From assembly GCA_013239625.1 (NCBI GenBank), contig MU053216.1, positions 2,756,943-2,820,942 on the forward strand: a stretch of 64,000 nucleotides of DNA. The letters run 5' to 3'. This DNA is from Lama guanicoe. Lineage: Eukaryota. Under the pieces are notes generated by a model. The model did not search any database, was not told the DNA's origin, and saw only the letters and a program-made list of their open reading frames with translations. The first letter of the stretch is position 1. The number at the start of each line of letters is the position of its first letter. The translations under genes and the position numbers were made by a program. Positions 25,471 through 64,000 of this stretch are shown here, in pieces.

Positions 25471-28400
25471 AATGGTACGCACTGTGTCCCAGGAAGACTT
25501 CATAGGGAAAGTCAATACCAAGATAAAGTGGGAGGAGTTTTTGAATTTCAAAGCTCAAGAAAGAATCATGAAATTATCCAAGAAGAAAACACAAGCGGAT
25601 GATTAAAAGATAAAAAAGATTTGGCTTGGCTCCAACATTCCACAGCAACAATCAATGACAGAATTCAGTGAAACAAAGTCTATAAAAGTTTCTGGAACCA
25701 AAAAATGTGACTCCCAAATTTTATACGTCCTGCATGCTCTCTTTCTAGTAGAAAGTCAATTTTGGACGTTCTGCAGTATCAGATCAGAGGGAAACAGCAT
25801 TGTAAAGAATACCTGGTAAGGCCCACTTCACAATGAGATTAAATCAGTCAGAGATTAATCAAAATAAGAAATTCAGGCGCGGCGAAGCCCTTGGAAAGGA
25901 CTCTAGACCCCGATTCAATTTGAGTGCAGGTTTAATGCAGTGCTTGTCAGCTTGACATCGTGAAATTAGCAAAAGAAATAAGAAACACATCAAGGGGTAG
26001 AGAAAGATAAGGTTGAAGGAGGTGTGGATATGACAATTCATTGTCTTTAATTGCAGGAAGACAAAGAACAGTAAGTGAAGTTAAAACATTTTGAAGTTTT
26101 TATGATCCCTGTTTGCCTCAAGTTCAACGTGAAGTCATTTAAATTTAATACAGGTATTAAAAAAAAGATAATTTAACTATAGGTGAAAATGTTTTTCAAC
26201 TCATTGAAATTCCTTTTGCTATAATAAATTCAACTGGATTAAATATAATCCATTAAAATTTTTTAATCCAATTATGATTTTCAAATTTTTATGTTATTCT
26301 AATTTTTTCTGTGTTTTTCCTAATAAAAAAATTCTTATTTATTCTGGCCTTTTATCCTCCCTCTGTCCCTCCTTCCCTCCTTTCCTCTCTTGGGAACTTC
26401 TACAGATAGTCACCAAAACACAGTGATGTTTATATCTGAAAGTACATTCGGGAACTTTAAAAATTTTCATTGTTTTTCAGGTAGTAGTAGATTCACAGTT
26501 TAAAATTCAAACAGTATGCTAAGATGTACAAGTCCAACCCATGTCTCCATCCCGCTCCGACCCCAGCTGGTAAGTTCACAGTTGAATTCCAACAGAAGCT
26601 CCATTCCATTGAAAGGGAGAACCTTAGCTTATTCCGGAAGCTTACAGATGGCCACTGGGTTGTTTCTAGTGATTAGTCCTGATTTAGAGAAAGATATTAT
26701 AATTTACACACGTGACATTTTGTAGCTACAGAGCTATTTCTTGGAGACAAATCTGGAGACGTGGGGTCTCTGGGTAGAAGTGGAAATCCGTCTGTGAGTT
26801 TGATGGCTGCTGGGACGCTGCCCGCTCTGGGGCTGTTTCTTTAGTGCTGGGGGGATCAGGATGGGCTCGCTCCCCACCGCTCTGCGTGTCTCCCACTAAG
26901 AAAGATCGTGTCAATGTCCTGTTCATTTGCACCTCCCTCATTTGTGTGAGACTGAGCTGCCCTGTGTTTAGGCCTTTTGTAGCTCTTGTGCTGTGAGCTC
27001 TCTTTTCTTCTTCAGCCAATTTTCCACTGGATTCGGGATGGCTTTTTAACTTTTCATTGGTGTTTTCTGTATTGCTTGCTTTTCTATAATGAACGTATCA
27101 GTTTTACGGAACAAGACTTATTCTACAAAACACAAAGACCACAGATGAAGAGTTTAGTGAAGAGGAGGGGAAACCTCTTCTGAAAGAGGAGTGGGAAAGT
27201 GAAGGTGGTAAGGGTAGAAATACATGCTTAAACGGGTAAGAAAAATTTAGGTGAGTGGCTTCTATTTTTGTTCGTTTGAAGTAAATGGGTCAGTGACTTT
27301 TGATGAAATGATCAGCCCAAGGAGATGGCCTGAGCTGGGAAGAGCAGCGAGGAAGATAGTAAAGGAAATAGTCCATCCACCATACTGTGGTCCTGAACCG
27401 AGTCTGGGCTCATCTAATGGTGCTAATAGGTAAGTTTCTTGTTTTTTGGGTTTTTTTAAATAATAGTGGCTCCAAGCAGAGAAGCTCCAGGAGGGGAAGT
27501 GGGAGCAGGGAGAGGAGGAATCTGACTAATTCAGATGAACTGTCCGTAGGGCAGGGTACTTCCGGGCCAGGCTGGTGACAAGAACTGCTGATGCTGTTGT
27601 CCCCGTGTCTGAACTGGGAGCACAGAAAGAAGAAGAGGGTCAGGACGGAGGAGGAGCAGAGCTCCCCACGGGGTAACTGGAACTCCCAACCACACCCCGT
27701 TCTTTTCTTCTCTTTTTTGTTTTCTTTTGTGAAAATTCACATCAAAGTATATCTTGCATTTGTAACAACTTCACCTGCTACATATAATCATAAAACACAA
27801 ACCTCAGATAATATTCCCAGAAAAATAACTTACATGTAAATCTCCACAGACTTATGAATTGCCTACAAAGTGCGTCATCTTGCAATCCTAAATAAAGTCA
27901 ACTCTTCCTTGAACACTGTATAAATATAAAGTTGGCTTTATTTCTGAAATTCACATGTTCTCTAATGACTACAGGGCATTGAATTAAAACCTACTAGTAA
28001 AAGTCTGCAGCGAGAAACAGTAGATTTTAGTAATTTGACTAAATTTGTCATTCATTGACTTGACTGATTTTGACCTTTTTTAACTTCCTGCATTTAAATT
28101 GTGAATAAATATTTTGCTACCTCCTGCAAGAACAAATAGAGTTTATTTACCACTGGCTCTCGTCAAAGAGAAATTTGACCTCCATGATTTAATGCTCCTT
28201 TAAACAAAGAGAAAACTGCCAAAGCATGTCTGCTTACAGAAATAACCTGTTTCATTTAAGAAGTCACTTTATAAAATGAAACCTGACTGTGAGCGCAGAT
28301 GAGAAGCATTAGACTATGTTAGGGGAAACCCACACCCTGGCACAGACGCTGAAAAATCCAGACGAAAGTTCACTGCATTTGAGTCACTGATAAGCATTTC

Positions 28401-30199
28401 TCGTGGAATTCGCATGACTCTAGCTATCGGAAAGAAACCCCTCTTGTATGTTGAACTAAGAGTGATCCTTTGTGGTACTCCTCTGTCATCCAAGAAGGAT
28501 GCAGCGTTTTTTATGGTTACCAGACATTCCAAGACAGTGCGGGAGCCACGTCCAGATGCGGCTTCTAAGACAAAGGTCTGATGGCTCCTTAAAGACCTGT
28601 AACCTAATCAGAGAAACTACCCTGGGAAAGAACAGGGTAGGGGGAAAAACACACGTTTTTAGAAGATGATGTGCAAATAACCATTGCTGACATGTCCCAC
28701 AGAGTGTTACCTTAGACAGCTAGCTCACCGTTCTTTGCTCATGTCCACGAAGACCCACCACCATGTTGAGAAACGATGCGAGGTTTATCCACAGAGTCAA
28801 TTCAGAGTAACTCAAAGCAGGCACCAGATACCAATGAGGAAGTTTCATTTTAGCAGAACCAGCTGGCCAGTGAGCAAGTTTCGGTTTTTTTTTTAATTTC
28901 TGTTAATTACGATGAAAATATCCAAACTTGCAATTTTAAATCTTCTGCATATCCTGTGTTTTCCATCCCTGTTTAGGTTAAGCTGTCAGTGCAGTGAAGG
29001 CAGATAATTAAAATAAATGGAACCTCCATTATAGAGGGATTGACTCCATGTCAGTTTCCTAGAAAGGTAATCATCTATTTCATCCCTTTCTGTTTTCTAA
29101 CTTGCATGACAAAAGGCATGAAGTGTAATTCATGAGGGATAACCTAGTCTGAATTAATGACAAACCTGGACTGTGGGTCACCAGTAAAAATTCTTGGTAT
29201 GAAGCTACCTTGGAACGTGGTGAGGAAACCCTATGTGGGTCCTGGGTTAGCGGCTGAGGGACAGGTGCTGAGGGCAGCCCAACTGCTTACCGTCTTTCAT
29301 CCAGTGTGATGACAGTGGGCAGAGTGTTTCCCTCCCTGGTGCCACATCCTCTCCCCATCTCACAGCCAAGATTACACAAGCCGTAAAAATTCAAGACAAT
29401 ATTTTCAGTCTTTGAAAGGTCACCAGCCCCTAACGGCAGGATTCGCCCGTCATACCTGAAAGAGACTGAGCCCCACACGTTCTCCTTTCCTGGAAAATTA
29501 AATACAGTGCAGCAGAGGTCCCACTTTTACTATTATGCACGTGAATCAAGAAAGTCCTGTTTTTCTAGAGGAAAATGCACGTGTCGTTTTCCATAGGCAA
29601 TCCGTGTCCAGGTCCCTGGCATCCTACATTGGGGGACATCTAGATCAGAGAAACCAAGTGCCCTTGGGCTCACTCGCCAGAGAAGGAGTGAGTCATACTC
29701 TCCGAGCCATGGTTTCCATTTTATGCACCCTGTTAACTTGCTTCAAATGCTGATTGATGGGTTCTTTGGCAAACGCCCTGAAATGTGATCTTAACAGTAA
29801 GAACTTGTTCTGATTACCAAATTGAGAGACAATGGAACAATGACATGTGTGACTTACCGCTGGGTTTTACTTCCTGGCTCTCACTTTGGGAATGAAGTGA
29901 TCTTTGTTTACATGCATTCTGAGAACAGCCCTTTCCCGTAGGTGTTGAAGAGCATGTTTATTTTTGTGTAATCACTTCAATCTTGTGAGTGAGTTCAGCT
30001 CAGCTAACTAGAGCATACAGGGTTGTTGAGAGCATATGTTACACGTGGTTTTATTTTTGTTTTTGTTCTAATCCCAGGATTGAGAAAAGACATAAAAGAA
30101 ATTCAGACTGCTTTTTTCCCACTAATTTTCCAAAATATGTGAACAAAGTTGATACTGGGGACGGCAGAAGATCAGGAGCTTATAAACACAGACGTTAGT

Positions 30200-30425
30200 G
30201 TCAGTAAGAGCTGGTTCAGATCCCGAGTCTGTCGCTGACCAGATGTGTTGTAACAGTCCAGGTACCAAACTTTTCTAAGCTTCACATTCTCATCAGTAAA
30301 ATAGAAATATTAAGAGGATGTGCTTCGGAGAATTTGTCTTGAGAAACAAATACAGCTAAAACAATGAATCAAATGCCTGGCAAGAACTGTGCCTCAATAA
30401 ATGTTAGTAGTAATAATAATAATAA
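30200..30425 (+). mobile_element. MIR SINE remnant
   Basis: ggttcagatcccgagtctg…ttctcatcagtaaaatagaaat…cctcaataaatgttag. Confidence 0.65.
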
Positions 30426-32484
30426 TTTTTTTATTTATTAAGAAATGATATAAGATGCATACCCTTTGATTGGGTTAGTATTGAACTGGGAAAGTGTAAA
30501 GAGAAGTATAAAGGGGTTTACAAAAGAATAATGACAGAAAATGGACCTTTTGCAGAATAAATCTTTTCACCCAAAACAGGGAATGAAAAAAATCCTAATT
30601 TTGAATGTGTCCCTTTGAAGAACCTTCAGGTCATTCCAGCTGTGAAATCTGCATAAGAAAATGAGTCCTAGCCCCTCCTACTCATTCTAAGAGATATTCC
30701 TTTCCTTGCAAGTTGAGCATCTGAAAGTCTTCACATCAAGAAACACTCTGCGATTAGCCAGGACAGTTTGCACCTACTTCCTTGGGCCTAATATAGTGCT
30801 ATGAGAACATCTGCTAACTAATCTCCAGTGTAAATTAAAAATTAAGACCAGTCTTAGTTATAAGAAATAATAAACTTCACATTCAGTGTTTTAGCAGGAA
30901 AACACCAAAAAGAGATGGAAATTTCACTGCGCAAGCATTGCATTCTGAGGAGACACTTACACTTTAAAAACAATCACGGCGAAGACATTCAGCTAATCAC
31001 TTCATACAGGCTTAGCATTACAGAGAGATTAAAATGTATATTTCTCTTCTGCAAATATGCATTTGTCATATGTAAAAACAATGAATGGCTTGGAAGCTGA
31101 ATTTTTAGAGTGCTAAGTGTATCTTTTATTCCCAGTGAATTTTAGCACCAGAAATAAGCAAACTTTAAATGGAACGTGACACAGTCTCTTTCTGTCTAAT
31201 AATATACAATAGGATCCAAGCCTTGCCCCTAAAATGGACCGGGCTTTATTAAGTTGGAACTTTTTGCTTAATTTTTCTGACTAGGTCCTGGAATTACTAA
31301 TGGCGGTGCCAAAAAGGAGGAATTTTTAATGTCTCATCACAGATTCCCCAGGAAAGCCACCCCGGTCATAGACATGGGTCTGTGCTTCACGTATTCTTTC
31401 CCTTTTTAAGATAAAAATCATAGACATGAGTCCCTGCTCCAGTGGGACGGGCCCCGACTTCTGAGCGATACGTGTTCTCACGGAGTAATGGAGCCTCTGA
31501 CTGCCCACCGTGCTGCCCCTCCTGTTACCACAACTTCTCACACACACAAGGGGAAAAAAATGTGCCTAGCTTGCTTCTGGTAAACTAATAGAAATTCCCA
31601 TTGCTCTGTTATCTAAGTATTCATTTTGTGTCTTCTTGAAAGGACAGAGTCAAATGGGAAAACACACATCTAAAACCCACATCTACCTTTGGAAGGTGTC
31701 ACTGGCAGCTAAGGCCTCTATACTAAAACTTCACTTGTGGATAATTTAGAACTGAGACTGTGTGCCGTTTGTGCTTTGAAAGCGGCTCGCGGAAGAAACA
31801 GACACACACGACATTAGTCTACTGAGCATGAGGACTGTAAATTTCAGCCACATCCTCCAGTGGGAACTCATCAGCCTTCAGGCACTGGGGTTTGCACGGC
31901 CAGTGAGGGGGGTAAAAGCAAGTTTCCTTTCTTGCCAGAGCTGATAGCGGATGGTTCACAATCCCCTTTTTTCATTAGTAAGTAAAGAGACAAAAGTAAA
32001 CAAGGTAAATTAGAAACTATTGCTTCATTCTAAAACTCCCTTCTTGTCTTTGTTAATGGCAAGGTGCTGTACAACGCTGTGAGGACTGATAGCTAATTTT
32101 GTGTGTATAGGAATAAAAGAATCAGAAGGATGATCACAAGGCAAATGGGAGCTGATCAGGCAGCAACTGATGACAATAGTTGAGAGATTTAGAATCAGGC
32201 AGGAGAGTGAAGACACAGAAAGCGAACCCCCTTAAAGGTAGCGTGTGGTTAAGGGAACAGGCTGATGCAGAATTCAGTAAAGGAAGTTTTGTTTATTACC
32301 CTTTGAAAATGACCATTTTTCTTGAAGTTTTTTCTAGATTCAAAATTAAACTATAGATCTTTAAAAAAAAAAATGAGACCTGCAGAGCTGCTCCACAAAT
32401 GTTAACTGCATGCGCCTATATTTCAATACATGCTTCCAAAATCCATGTGTGAATGTTTATCACGCCTAAAATATTATGTACAAA

Positions 32485-33550
32485 AAGAGATAATAATTGA
32501 ATTTTATTGTAATTATTGACATCAATTCCTGGTAAAAACAGTCTAAGCATTTGAGAAATTCAAGATAAACGCACTTTAATAAAAGTCAAAGACAAATTAT
32601 ACAATGAAAAATAAGCATATTCAATGTTCTATGTCTCATATCGACGTCTTAGTCCATAAAAAAATAGCTATATTAGGCCTGGCATGTAAATATTTAGCAC
32701 AAATACATTTTCATGACTCAGAGGTTTTTAACCTCTGGATTTAATAGAAAATGCATTTGTTTAAAGATATTTAAGTTCAATTGCAACAAACCTATAATTT
32801 GGGGTCAAAATTATGCAGCAGTGACTTTTACATATTATACAGACTAATCCGTGTTGCAAAGGTGTAACCACCACATGAGGACAACAAGATAGGCCTGCCT
32901 GAAAATTTTAAATTAGATTAAATAAACTTGAAAAGATACTGAACCAAATGCTAACATATGGAACCTAAGGTTTCCAAATTTTAATTTAGTTAACTTTCTT
33001 GTAGTAACTATACACACACACTACACTTACGTCTATTTCTAGAAGTAACACAGGAAGCTCTGAGATATTTAGGTAGAACAAGGAGGCCATCTTGAGGTCA
33101 TTCTAGAAACGTACATGCTATTCTTACAAAGAGGCCACACGTGACGTGATTTTTAAAAAATAGACATTTAAGCTAACATTTCCATTTTTTTCTTCAAAAA
33201 AAAAAAAGAAAAGAAACCAAAAAGGCAAAGTTTCTCAACAGCATGTAGATTTACCCAAAATCTTTCTCTCTCTCTTTCACACACACATGCACACACACAT
33301 ACAAAGACTACAAAGAGGTGATTTTTTGGCTGAATGATGGAAAAAACTTTAAAATAAGCACAAGATTGTACAAAATACTTCAGCCAAACTGTCTTAAATA
33401 TTTTTCTACAGCTGTAAAATAGAAACTTCCCACCAATGTTGGTCCTTGAATGTCATGAATCCACTGTGTACCAGTTTTGCCTCACTACTTCAAAAAAAAT
33501 AGAAATCATACTTCATATGGGGTTGTGAGTTGCCCCCTGCATGCCTCTTC
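32485..33550 (-). other. PTPRC: PTPRC 3'UTR (approximate 3' end)
   Basis: AT-rich sequence between the stop codon and AATAAA; cleavage site estimated ~15-25 nt past the signal. Confidence 0.7.
32503..32508 (-). promoter_or_regulatory. Polyadenylation signal AATAAA
   Basis: tttatt on + strand, ~1.04 kb downstream of the stop, followed by U-rich sequence on the minus strand. Confidence 0.7.
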
Positions 33551-62533
<28,983 letters not shown>

Positions 62534-62859
62534 CTGAATTTCAGTAATAAAAGAGAAAATTGTTTTCTTAACATGAATTTATAAGTCAATATAACGCATA
62601 TATTTTGCATACATTGCTGTTTAATTTCATAAAAAATATACTGGTCAGCTTTCATTTAAAGTTGAAGCTTCAAGATTATGTCAATATTTTACTAGCAAGA
62701 TTCTTTTAAAGAAGGTATTTAACAATGGAAAAGATATAAAGACATCATAGCCCATTTACCAATAATATCTATTAAAAATAATTTACCAGTAATTACCTAT
62801 GAATAGGCTAACATCACCACATTTTTTAAAAAAGGAAATTTTGCCATAATTATTTTACA

Positions 62860-63960
62860 AGAGTTACACATAAAATGTACAAAAAAATTTTTAAGGCTGA
62901 GTGGAAACAGAATAATGTAAGAATCGCAATATTTATATTAAAGTGATATTTAGTTCACAAGGGTTAAAATGATAAAGACTGATGCGCTAAAGTGATACAG
63001 GGTAAAATTTACAGGATAGACATAAGTAGCATAAATACTTCCATCTCAAAATATTGAATTCAAATAAAGCAAAACAATTTAGATATACCAAGGAAACTGC
63101 ATGGATCCAGAAAGCATTAAGAATCTTTAGCAAAAAAAAAAAAATATATATATATATAAGCAAAAATAGATATGAATAATATCATTAAAAGAGATTAATG
63201 ATAAATATAATAAATCTGGAAAATACACACCTAAGCTTTAACACTATAGAGAATATATAATTTCCCCAGTACGCACAGAATATTCAAAGCATTTATCATG
63301 ATGTATGTATCATAAGCTGTAGAAAATATTATAAATTCCAAAAGGCAGAAATTGTAAAAGCCAATTATCTTTTATAAACTAATAATTAACAGCAATAAAA
63401 AATTTAAGAACCAGAAATATAGAAATTCTCTTAAAAAACAAATAAATTAAAAACTCTTCCAAATTACAATTCTATACTCTTTAGAAGTTATCAATAATAA
63501 GAATATTCTACTTTAAAAATCTACTCATTAAATTTTATGTCAGTCATTGAGAAATTAGTGATAAATAATACAGACATGGGACAGAGTCAAAATTTTACCA
63601 AAGGACAATCCATAGCTTTAATTTTTTTAGTTAATAAAAAAAGAGAAAGAAGTAAATGATCAAAAATCACTTTAAATCCCCAAACTAGCAGGACATCAAA
63701 ATAAACCTATGGTGGGTGGGTAGTGTGTGTAGCTCAGTGGTACAGCGTGTGCTTAACAGGCATGAGGTCCTAGATTCAATCACCAGTACCTTCACTAAAA
63801 AAAAATAAACCTAATTGCCTCCCCCCAAAATAAATAAATAAATAATTTTTTAAAGAAAAATAAACCTACATTCAAGGAAAGTAACAAATCAACATTAATC
63901 AAAACAACTTAATGAATTTATTAAGCAGAGAGCACAATGATAAATGGAACTAAAACGATT
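62860..63960 (+). mobile_element. Old LINE-1 ORF2-region remnant, interrupted by a SINE
   Basis: Very A-rich; agagaatatataatttccccagtacgcacagaatattc…ataaattccaaaaggcagaaatt. Confidence 0.55.
63711..63858 (+). mobile_element. tRNA-derived SINE (Vic-1-like) with target-site duplication
   Basis: gtagctcagtggtacagcgtgtgcttaacaggcatgaggtcctagattcaatcaccagtacc; flanked by aaaataaaccta. Confidence 0.9.
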
Positions 63961-64000
63961 GCTCCCTCATGAAGGTGTAAATGCAGCAGTGGCTTCTTAA

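Overview
Mammalian genomic DNA, most likely a camelid (inferred from a tRNA-derived SINE resembling the camelid Vic-1 family). The minus strand carries the 3' part of PTPRC (CD45). I read 19 consecutive coding exons, equivalent to human exons 15-33, from 62533 down to the TAG stop at 33551-33553, all with GT-AG boundaries and consistent phases. They encode the end of the ectodomain, the transmembrane helix, the wedge, the active D1 phosphatase ([13 protein letters not shown]), the inactive D2 domain (acidic insert, [10 protein letters not shown]) and the C-terminal tail, followed by a ~1 kb 3'UTR with AATAAA. Exons 21-23 occur twice, in two ~3.4 kb near-identical blocks either side of a 779-N gap. 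This is most likely an unmerged-haplotype assembly artefact, though a real copy would be an in-frame 87-codon duplication. Positions 1-32 kb are intergenic: L1, MIR, MLT1, MLT2, Tigger1 and MER5A remnants plus an orphan CpG island at ~16.4-18.2 kb. The most unusual signal is a series of sharp local GC/CpG peaks that have shifted a SINE copy and individual PTPRC exons toward G/C, consistent with GC-biased gene conversion. I found no evidence of a novel gene system, RNA gene or CRISPR array. Repeat family names and human comparisons are from memory, not database searches.
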